From positions 1-35,001 of the forward strand of contig JBHLOC010000048.1 in assembly GCA_048940925.1 (NCBI GenBank): a DNA stretch of 35,001 nucleotides, read 5' to 3'. Within the stretch, counting starts at the first letter, position 1; each line of letters begins with the position of its first letter. Below, piece by piece: positions 19,016 through 27,408 of the stretch. The translations under genes and the position numbers were made by a program. The notes beneath the pieces were generated by a model that worked only from the letters and a program-made list of their open reading frames with translations, ran no database searches and was not told the DNA's origin. Source of the stretch: Promethearchaeota archaeon. GTDB taxonomy: Archaea > Asgardarchaeota > Lokiarchaeia > Sigyniarchaeales > SOKP01.

Positions 19016-20275
19016 CTACTTTTCAAAAATTGTTACAACACATGTCGCTCCTGAACCACCTAAATTATGGACTAACATACGTTCAACATCAAATTTTACT
19101 TGCCTATTTCTCTCTGCAATACCTCTCATTTGTTTAAAGACTTCCACACAAAATGCTGCTCCAGTAGCACCAACAGGATGACCTTTACTTTTTAATCCAC
19201 CACTCGTATTAATTGGTAATACACCATCTCTCTTTGTTTCACCATTTTTAATTGCTTCAACTGCCTTACCCTTTTCATAAAAACCTAAATCTTCTAAAGC
19301 AACTACTTCTGCGATAGTGAAACAATCATGAACCTCTGCAATCTGAATATCTTTGGGTTTAAGTCCTGACATTTCATAAGCTTGACGTGCGGCTTCTTTT
19401 GAGGCAATAAAACTTGTTAAATCTTTTCTATCATGCAAGGATAACTCTGCACTTCCTTGACCAGTTCCAGAAATCCAAATTGGAGTATCTGTAAAGTTTT
19501 TGGCTACATTCTCAGCTGCTAAAAATACACAAGCTGCTCCATCAGTAATTAGACTACAATCAAATAATCTTAATGGATATGCAATCATAGGATTTGAACT
19601 ACTTTTTAGGTAATCAAATTCATCCTTCCAATCTGGAATATCTCCTCCAGATTTTTCTAATTTTGCTATTCTACTTTTCATCATATCGGCAATTGAACTT
19701 TGCATATGTGCATATGGATTTTCTTTTCCATTTTCGTGATTTTTTATTGCCACTCTCATTAAATCTTCCACGGTTGTTCCATATTTATGAAAATGTGCAG
19801 ATGCAAGAGTTGCATACAAACCCGGAAATGTGGCTCCAGCGGGATATTCAAATAAACTATCGGAGGCTGTAGCCAAAACATCGGTAACTCCTGTTGTTGG
19901 TAATTCTGTCATACATTCAACACCGCTTACGGCAATAACATCGTGAACTCCTGATGCAATAGCTAAAATAGCTTGGCGAAGAGCAATTCCACTACTAGCA
20001 CAGGCTCCCTCAAAACGTGAAGCTGGTTTCGGAACTAATCCTACTAAACCTGCCATCTGTGGTCCTAAATGTCCTTGATGATTGAATAGATCTGATGAAT
20101 AATTACCAACATAACAAGCATCGATATCTTTTGGTCCAATACCATTATCAACTCTACTTATTGCATCTAACCAGGCATCTATCCATAAATCTGGATTTCT
20201 TTTAAGAGGAAAGTGTGCACCAAATTTGCTCATTCCTGCTCCAACCATTGCTACCTTTCTAGCTAATTTTCCCAT
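19016..20275 (-). CDS. Thiolase (archaeal/SCP2-type acetyl-CoA acyltransferase)
   Basis: EGACASSG active Cys, TDGAA, EVHDCF, SGGLKSKGHPVGATG, HNLGG; GGTGA SD. Confidence 0.95.
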   Translation of the reverse strand: MGKLARKVAMVGAGMSKFGAHFPLKRNPDLWIDAWLDAISRVDNGIGPKDIDACYVGNYSSDLFNHQGHLGPQMAGLVGLVPKPASRFEGACASSGIALRQAILAIASGVHDVIAVSGVECMTELPTTGVTDVLATASDSLFEYPAGATFPGLYATLASAHFHKYGTTVEDLMRVAIKNHENGKENPYAHMQSSIADMMKSRIAKLEKSGGDIPDWKDEFDYLKSSSNPMIAYPLRLFDCSLITDGAACVFLAAENVAKNFTDTPIWISGTGQGSAELSLHDRKDLTSFIASKEAARQAYEMSGLKPKDIQIAEVHDCFTIAEVVALEDLGFYEKGKAVEAIKNGETKRDGVLPINTSGGLKSKGHPVGATGAAFCVEVFKQMRGIAERNRQVKFDVERMLVHNLGGSGATCVVTIFEK

Positions 20276-20375
20276 AATTTCACCTATTTTTTCTTAAAAT
20301 TTTTTATAATTTTGAATTTGAAGAATTGAATTCTCAAAGAATTTTATTTGTTATTGTTTTTTAAAATTAAATTTC

Positions 20376-21611
20376 TTAATCATGAAAATATTTGGATAAA
20401 TACCAAATTTCAAAAAAGATTCCTATAAATGAGAGAAATAATGGTGCAACATAATTAACATTTTGCATGAGTAATCCACCAATATATCCAGTTGGGATGA
20501 AACCTATACCTCTTATCATTCCAACAATTCCATATGATTCTGCTTTTCTGGTTTCATCTAAATCGGTTAATGCCATCTGTTCAGATGGAATAAATGTACA
20601 TACACTCATGGCAAAGGGAATATGGCTGAGGACTAAAGCAGGAAGCAGGAATGCTGTAAATCCGCCAGCCCAAATAAAGTACGCTAGGATATTAATGATA
20701 AAAAATGATAAGCCAAAGAATTGACTTAAAATGAGAGATTTTTTTTTCCCAATTTTATCTGCCAAATGACCTCCAGGAATTTGAAAGATCATGTTAGATG
20801 TGTTAAATACAATTATTATCAAAGCAAGTTCTTCTCGTGTAATCTGATAAAAATCAGTTAATCCGCCAATATAAATTGACAGTCCAATATTATAAACAAA
20901 TAGATCTAAAGTTAAGAATATCAATACTCCTCTACTTTTGGGATTTTTAATGATTTTTCTCCACAAACTCGGTTCTTCGACTTCAATGGTCGTGACTGAA
21001 AGCTTTTTTGGATTATTTACAATTTTAAATTTTTCTGAAATAAAAGCTAAATTAATCAAACCCTCTGTTATCAAAATCCCAATAAAGACCAAAAAGAAAA
21101 ACCGTGTATTAAAAGCACTCCCAAACAAAACAAAAGTAGAGCCCAATATTGTACCTCCAAAAAAAGAAAATATGATCAACCCATACATTAAACCCTTTGA
21201 TTTATTACTATTTTCAGAAATAAATATTAAACTACTAAGATTATTCATAACCAATCCTAAGAAATAGATAAGAATACCAATTAAAAGAAATATGATTGTA
21301 CTAGGATTCGAAGAAATCAGAAAAATTAATCCTGTAATAAAGACAGGAATGGCACTTAACATTAGCTTCTTACGTCCAAATTTGTCTGACAGTTTTCCTA
21401 CTAATGGCATGGGTAAAAATTGTACAATGCCACCAATAGATACTATAATACCTGTCATAAGGATAGATCCTGTGAGGTCTAATATAAATGGTTGATATAC
21501 TACATTAAACATACCAGCACCCATTCCATGGATTAAATAGATAAAGAATAATGCCCGAAGATTTTTCCGCTTTATTCTATCAATTTCTTCTGAATTCTTA
21601 TATTCACTCAT
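20376..21611 (-). CDS. MFS transporter
   Basis: About 12 TM; motif A GKLSDKFGRK and GHLADKIGKK. ATG 21611 chosen by comparison with the paralog (the track starts at 21695). Confidence 0.9.
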   Translation of the reverse strand: MSEYKNSEEIDRIKRKNLRALFFIYLIHGMGAGMFNVVYQPFILDLTGSILMTGIIVSIGGIVQFLPMPLVGKLSDKFGRKKLMLSAIPVFITGLIFLISSNPSTIIFLLIGILIYFLGLVMNNLSSLIFISENSNKSKGLMYGLIIFSFFGGTILGSTFVLFGSAFNTRFFFLVFIGILITEGLINLAFISEKFKIVNNPKKLSVTTIEVEEPSLWRKIIKNPKSRGVLIFLTLDLFVYNIGLSIYIGGLTDFYQITREELALIIIVFNTSNMIFQIPGGHLADKIGKKKSLILSQFFGLSFFIINILAYFIWAGGFTAFLLPALVLSHIPFAMSVCTFIPSEQMALTDLDETRKAESYGIVGMIRGIGFIPTGYIGGLLMQNVNYVAPLFLSFIGIFFEIWYLSKYFHD

Positions 21612-21756
21612 CGATAAGTCTGATCTGATTTTACAATATGTATTTTTCCACCAATATTTTTGTGTAAGTATTAATGAAGAAATATAGGAGATCATATTAG
21701 TTTTATGATTTAGAGGGTTGCGTTTTATTCAATCAAATAAGGTGCTTATTTTTTTA

Positions 21757-23004
21757 TTAATTTCTATGCTGCTCATTAAAGTATTTGAGTAGAAACCATA
21801 TTAAGAACAAGCTGCCTATGACAGTTATAAGAAAAGGAATTATGTAGTTGATAAATTCAACAAAGAATCCTCCAAGTATTCCTGTTGGTAGAAGAGCAAT
21901 ACCCCTTATAAATGCAATAATCCCATATGATTCAGCTTTTCTTGATTCATCTTCATTTAAATTTGTAAGAATTATTTGTTCAGAAGGGATAAAAGTAGAT
22001 GCTGAAATACCAATTAAAACTTGAGCAATTATTAAAGATAAAAATTGAAATGAAACAAGCCCATCTAGCCAAAATATAAAGGCTATTATATTAAATAAAT
22101 AACATCCTAAACCAAATACTTCACTTATAATTATTGATTTCTTTTTTCCGATTTTATCTGCTAGATGTCCTCCTGGAATTTGAAAAATCATATTGGAAAT
22201 GCTAAACCAAATTGATATAAATGCTATTTCTTCATAGGTTAGCTGATACTGGTCTCTCAACCCAGCAATGTATATTGATGCTGGAATATTATATATGAAA
22301 ATATCTATTGTAAAAAAAACTAGTATCACTTTAGTTTGAGGCGTTTTGAAAATTTTCTTCCAAGTGCTTTGTTTTGATTTGTAAGATTTAGTAGAATTGA
22401 TTTCTAGAATGAGTTTAACAGAATTAGGATTAGTAATGATAAAAATTTGAATAATCCATTCAATAAACATAATTAATATGTATATTAAGAAATAAACACG
22501 TACATCAGGGACTAATCCTAACATTACAAAATATTTTCCAAATATTCCACCCCCGAAGAAAGCAAAAAACATGAAACCATACATTAATCCCTTTTTTGTT
22601 TCATGGCTACTTTCAGATACAAATAATTGGTAACTTAAACCCCCTATTACTGCTCCTGAAAAGAAAATTAATACACTAGCTACAGCAAGTAATAAATTAT
22701 CAGATATAATTAGCAAAAATAAGCCAAGAATATGAAGAGGCATGCTAAACAACCATACTTTTTTACGACCATATCGGTCAGATAATTTACCAACTAAGGG
22801 CATTGGCAAAAATTGCACAATAATTCCTACTGTAATTAAAACACCTGTTAAAAAAATTGAACCTGTTATAGCTAATAAATAAGGTTGATATACAATGACA
22901 AAAGACCCATCACCAAAACCGCTGATTAATGCTATAAAATTTAGACCCCAAAGGTTCCTACGCTTTAATTTTTCGTCAACTTCTAAGACTTTATAATTTT
23001 TCAT
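21757..23004 (-). CDS. MFS transporter, tandem paralog
   Basis: GKLSDRYGRK and GHLADKIGKK. Shares QFLPMPLVGKLSD, NMIFQIPGGHLADKIGKKKS, TFIPSEQ and RKAESYGI with its neighbour. Start at ATG 23004 or TTG 23016. Confidence 0.9.
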   Translation of the reverse strand: MKNYKVLEVDEKLKRRNLWGLNFIALISGFGDGSFVIVYQPYLLAITGSIFLTGVLITVGIIVQFLPMPLVGKLSDRYGRKKVWLFSMPLHILGLFLLIISDNLLLAVASVLIFFSGAVIGGLSYQLFVSESSHETKKGLMYGFMFFAFFGGGIFGKYFVMLGLVPDVRVYFLIYILIMFIEWIIQIFIITNPNSVKLILEINSTKSYKSKQSTWKKIFKTPQTKVILVFFTIDIFIYNIPASIYIAGLRDQYQLTYEEIAFISIWFSISNMIFQIPGGHLADKIGKKKSIIISEVFGLGCYLFNIIAFIFWLDGLVSFQFLSLIIAQVLIGISASTFIPSEQIILTNLNEDESRKAESYGIIAFIRGIALLPTGILGGFFVEFINYIIPFLITVIGSLFLIWFLLKYFNEQHRN

Positions 23005-23404
23005 GGTATTCTCCAACCTTCTTCACTCATTATTTTTTATAATTGATATAACTTGATCTTATTTCTAACTTAGTCAAAATTGATTTAATGGTGTCGAACT
23101 ATTCTGACAACCTTTACTGAGATTATTAATCTCCTACTTCTAAAAATGAAGCTTATAGCAAATTATCATATACTTTTGAAGTAAATCATGGTATACAGTA
23201 GATGGTAAAGTTTATAGCAATAATCCCTAATTGTAAAAGCTAAGATTAGTACTTAGAAAAAAAGTATAATTTAAAAATGATAATCACTATAAACTTATTC
23301 CACTTTTAATCACTATAATTATTAGCACATCTTAAATATTTAAATATTTGGGTTTGATATGGTTTGATTAATGAAGAAAGGTAAGAATTAAACTAAATAT
23401 AGTA

Positions 23405-23417
23405 GGAAACCGTTTCC
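23405..23417. promoter_or_regulatory. Palindrome GGAAAC-C-GTTTCC in the divergent MFS/MaoC spacer; candidate operator
   Basis: Perfect 6-1-6 inverted repeat, relatively GC-rich within an AT-rich spacer. Confidence 0.35.
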
Positions 23418-23591
23418 AAATCTTAAAGGTATTCTGATTTTCTAAGAGCTCTAAGCAACTTAAATAACCATTTATAGGATTAATTTAATAGAGAGAATAG
23501 ATATCTAAAATAATTTTATGTAGTATTAATGCATTTTTATGTAGTATATTAATTGTTAACATTTTTATCTGCATTTTCATTAATTTATTTT

Positions 23592-24026
23592 ATGTCAGAT
23601 TTAGAACCTGTTAAGTATGAAGATTATGAAGTAGGACAGTCTGCCTCATTTACTAAGACAATAACTGAAGAAGATGTGATGAAATTTGCTGAAGTGACGG
23701 GAGATTATAATCCATTACATGTTAATCCTGAGTTCGCAAAAACTCAAATGTTCGGAAAACAAGTTGCGCATGGAGCTTTAAGTTCTGGGTTAATTTCTGC
23801 GGTCTTAGGCACAAAACTGTTTGGACCGGGCATATTATATGGCGGTCAGACAGTTAAATTTGTTAAACCTGTCTTTTTTGGTGATACATTAACTGCTGTT
23901 GCTACTGTTAAAGAAAAATTCACTAAAAAGGAAGGAACATTAAAATTCATTATCTGCGATACTATTGTAAAAAATCAAAATGATGAGATAGTTACCTCTG
24001 GAGAAGGTACCATTATATTTATGTGA
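23592..24026 (+). CDS. MaoC/PhaJ-family (R)-specific enoyl-CoA hydratase (hot-dog fold)
   Basis: FAEVTGDYNPLHVNPEFA hydratase motif, VAHGAL, GPG, FVKPVFFGDTL. ATG 23592. Confidence 0.93.
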   Translation: MSDLEPVKYEDYEVGQSASFTKTITEEDVMKFAEVTGDYNPLHVNPEFAKTQMFGKQVAHGALSSGLISAVLGTKLFGPGILYGGQTVKFVKPVFFGDTLTAVATVKEKFTKKEGTLKFIICDTIVKNQNDEIVTSGEGTIIFM

Positions 24027-24379
24027 ATTTTACTTTATTTTTTCCTATTTTTAAGGAAGACAGGATCATCCTCCAATCACCAATTACTTAGTTAAAAATA
24101 AACTTATAACCGTCAAATCATGAATTAAAGGGAATATTTACAATTTAGATTAATATTATAGACTAATCTGGCGTAATGGTAATTTTATTTAAGATTTTTC
24201 AGTTATTACCCTAACAAAATAAAGATTGCAGTGAAATATTAAAAAGATACACAAACCCTAAAAGAGTATTAAGTTTTGCAGATAATTCTTTAACATTTTT
24301 TAACAAATATAGATAATGCTAAAGTAGTGGTATCATTTGATAACCATTTTGAAGGTATTAATTCGAGATTATATTATTT

Positions 24380-24727
24380 TTAAGGCTGGGATTCTTTCAT
24401 GTCGTGAAGAGTTTGCAAAGCCTTGCTATAGGATTCATCTTCCATTGCCCATGCTTTTAGTTTGTCGCAAGGGAAATCATGGCATTCATAGCAAAAATTT
24501 AGATTCTTATCTTTAATACAACAATTTCTGATCCAACAATCGTCGCTCCAACAGTTCTCTGCATCTCGACAACCGTTACAATGGAAATCTTCCATCTTTA
24601 CATTTTCCCATTGCCCTTTAAAAATATTTACTAACTCTTCCGCTATCTCAGGATCATTTGGGGCATTATATATTTTGCATTCGCTACAAACCAATCCACA
24701 AACCGCGATTTTTTTATTTTTGCTCAT
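24380..24727 (-). CDS. DUF3795-family Cys-rich metal-binding protein
   Basis: CGLVCSEC...CNGCR...C..C.IRNCC...CYECHDFPC pattern. Confidence 0.85.
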   Translation of the reverse strand: MSKNKKIAVCGLVCSECKIYNAPNDPEIAEELVNIFKGQWENVKMEDFHCNGCRDAENCWSDDCWIRNCCIKDKNLNFCYECHDFPCDKLKAWAMEDESYSKALQTLHDMKESQP

Positions 24728-24852
24728 TTTAAGCTTTAAGTAACCAATGAAGAAATATAAATATCAAGAAGTCAAATTAGAATATATTAATAAATTAAAT
24801 ATGAATATTTATTTAAAATGGTTTTTAAGTTTCTAAAATTGAGTTGATTAAT

Positions 24853-25719
24853 ATGTCTGATGACATTACAATAAAGGATGGGTATGTATATGGTGGATGG
24901 CGTGAACCAGAAAATATTTGGAGACATTTAACAACTTCCATTCATGATGATGGGGTAGCAAAAAAGGTTGGTATGCGAGGGGGAACAATCCCAGGCACAA
25001 TTCACCTCAGTTTGTTTGCACCTGTGGCGTTAAAGATCTTTGGAGATCGATGGTTTGAAACTGGTTCAGTAAGTATGTATTATACATTTGCTACAACTGA
25101 TCGAGAAAAAGTTCGGGCTGTTGTTGCTCAACCTCCAGAAGGAGTTAATGATGTTCAAGTAGAAGCAAGAGTAGAAATGCCCGATGGGAAAACAGTAGCA
25201 AAAGGAACTGTATCGATAGGAAATCCAAGTGAACCTTCCTATCTTCAAGCTCTAGAACTTAAAAGTAGTGATCCTGAAGAACTTCGTATACTATCTGGTT
25301 TTAAAACAGGATATAAATTTGAAGCACGTGATGTATCAATCTCACAGGAAGAAGCAGAAAAAGGACTTGGATCTATTACTGATCATCTTGACTATTATAA
25401 AGGTAATTCTCCATGGGGTTGTGGTATTCTCTCTCCAACAGCTATTCACTATCTAATGAGATTAGGGTATGAATTAACATCTACTACGACACTTAATGCA
25501 GTGGCATTTTATGGAGCCACAGAGATTCAACATGTGAATGGTCCAGTAAAAGTAGGAATACCATATGAAGTTAGTGGTGAAATGATATGTGTTGGTGCAA
25601 GCCCCAAGACGGAGTATTTCTGGTATGATGCTATATTAGAAGAAAAAGAAACGGGTAAAAAAATAGCTAAAATGCGACACTTGAACCGTTATATGAAAGC
25701 CTCTTCACCTTTATATTAA
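24853..25719 (+). CDS. Double hot-dog-fold (MaoC-related) protein, unknown substrate
   Basis: SIHDDGVAKKVGMRGGTIPG resembles the MaoC hydratase motif; second half has LSPT...GATEIQHVNGPVKVG. SD-like GAGTTGAT before ATG 24853. Confidence 0.65.
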   Translation: MSDDITIKDGYVYGGWREPENIWRHLTTSIHDDGVAKKVGMRGGTIPGTIHLSLFAPVALKIFGDRWFETGSVSMYYTFATTDREKVRAVVAQPPEGVNDVQVEARVEMPDGKTVAKGTVSIGNPSEPSYLQALELKSSDPEELRILSGFKTGYKFEARDVSISQEEAEKGLGSITDHLDYYKGNSPWGCGILSPTAIHYLMRLGYELTSTTTLNAVAFYGATEIQHVNGPVKVGIPYEVSGEMICVGASPKTEYFWYDAILEEKETGKKIAKMRHLNRYMKASSPLY

Positions 25720-25800
25720 ACTAACTAATTATTTTTTATTTGTTATTAAATTCTATATAGATAAATTGATAAATCTTAATAAAAAAGAGAGAAAATCAAC

Positions 25801-26557
25801 CTATTTTATGGATTTGATTTTTAGGACTTCTTCTCGTTCTCTTCCTTTTAAATTACGTATTGCATATAGTGTTATTGTAGAGGATACTCCTTTTTTCCTT
25901 AAATCTTTGACATAATTTAATACTTTTTCCTTATTTCTCCCGATCATATTATCTTTAAGTGCCCATCCAACTGCTTTTCTCACTAAATCTTCTTTCTCCC
26001 AGATTAAATTATCACATAATTCTAAAAGAAAATCTACATATTCACCCTCGGCTCCGATTTTTCTTGTGAATGTAACAACACTAGATCGCTTTTTCCACAT
26101 ATGATTAGAATTATTCCACTTTTTTAATAGTTTTTTAACCTCACTCGGATATTTTCGTAATAAGGGTTGCATAATATGAAGAGAAAATGAATCAGTCGGA
26201 CCCCAATCAGTTAAATACCCAGAAATTTCATTTAATATTTCAAATTTTTGTGGTTTTAATTCTGCCAAGCTTATTTCAATAAGTTTTAATCCAAAACTAG
26301 ATTGCGCGATATAATCAACCTTATAAAAATATTTGAGACAAATTTATGCGTTCTTCAAAAGATAATTCTTTAAATTGGGTTAAATATTTCTTAATAATTT
26401 TATTAATTTCAGGAACTTTTAGTCCATATGCTTTAAATCCATGTTCTTCATAAACTTTTTGGTTCCAATTTGTATATTCTTCTTTAGATTCGAATTTATT
26501 AATAGCTTCTTTTTCCAATTCATGGGTTATGGTATTATAAAGTTGTTTGATAGCCAT
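25801..26557 (-). pseudogene. AlkD-like DNA alkylation repair (HEAT-repeat) protein, split by a 1-nt frameshift
   Basis: The N-terminal ORF (YGLKVPEINKI) and C-terminal ORF (DWGPTD, WKKRSS, DLVRKAVGWALK) join as LSQIFYKVDYIAQSSFGLKLIEISLAELK if one base is removed from the A5 run at 26325-26329. Confidence 0.8.
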
Positions 26558-26590
26558 TATTTTATCTTTTTTTGATTTTTAAATTAAATC

Positions 26591-27163
26591 TCAATATTCT
26601 ATACCAAATCTTGCACTTATACCTTTTGAAGAATAATAATGCTTTATCATCCGCATTTCAGTAACTAGATCTGCTGCTTCTTTTATCTTAGGATGCATCT
26701 TTGGCCCACCTGTTAAGATGAGTTCAACTTTCTCTGGTTTATTTTTTATAATTTCTAATACAGGTTCAACAGAAATAACATTCATAGATATTGCTACTCC
26801 AACTTCATCAAGAATAACAATATCATACTCATCACTCATAATAATTTTTTTAGCAAAATCTAATGCTTTCTGACCCTCTTCAAGGTCAAATTCATTCGGT
26901 TCAGCGATAAGTTCAGGGCTACCAAATTGCTTCAATTCAAAATTAGATATCATTTTAATGGCTTCTATTTCTCCATATTTATAATTCCCTTTCATAAACT
27001 GAATCATATATACTTTAAAACCGTGTCCAGTAGCGCGTATACCCTGACCGATAGCAGCTGTAGTTTTACCCATGGGCATTACTGTTTAAATTACAGTAGT
27101 TTTACCTCGGCCAAAATAAACTTGTACTAATCCTTCTTTTAGTCTTTTTCTAGATGCACTCAT
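26591..27163 (-). CDS. cobO: Cob(I)yrinic acid a,c-diamide adenosyltransferase (CobA/BtuR/CobO family), interrupted in the P-loop by an in-frame stop-containing insert
   Basis: ATG 27163 gives MSASRKRLKEGLVQVYFGRGK-[TTVI*TVMPM]-GKTTAAIGQGIRATGHG, in frame with IQFMKG, VILDE, ELILTG, ADLVTEM, KHY and GIEY. Confidence 0.88.
27072..27101 (-). other. Candidate 30-nt bulge-helix-bulge-type intron (or recoding/insertion element)
   Basis: Hairpin UACUGU/ACAGUA with UAA in the loop; G(A)GGU/GCCC central helix with AAA and AUG 3-nt bulges. Excision gives GGU AAG GGU AAA (GKGK). Confidence 0.5.
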
Positions 27164-27408
27164 CTTAATCTAACCTATTAATTTATTATAATTTGAAATA
27201 CTCTATTATTTCAATAATTATTAAATTTTCTAAAAATTATAACATACATCAGAGAAATTACATTTATATAATCAAATATAATACTATTTATAGGATCCAT
27301 CTTATTGAATTCAAAAATTTAATCTATCATATAAGATATCGATAAATCCCTCATTATGTCAAAGGAAATTCAACTATTTTGTCTTGTGAAAGAATTTGTG
27401 AAGAAAAA

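Noticed and set aside
24027-24379. Possible ncRNA or gene remnant in the 350-bp convergent spacer
   Set aside because: Only short, weak hairpins, no GC enrichment and no recognisable ORF; cannot be supported.
27086-27088. Selenocysteine/pyrrolysine or simple readthrough in cobA
   Set aside because: The stop is TAA, not TGA or TAG, and readthrough would leave 10 extra residues inside the P-loop.
27074-27105. Alternative BHB register with central helix GGUA/UGCC
   Set aside because: This helix pairs at all four positions, but canonical cuts would remove 28 nt and shift the frame. It may compete with the productive register and remains a caveat.
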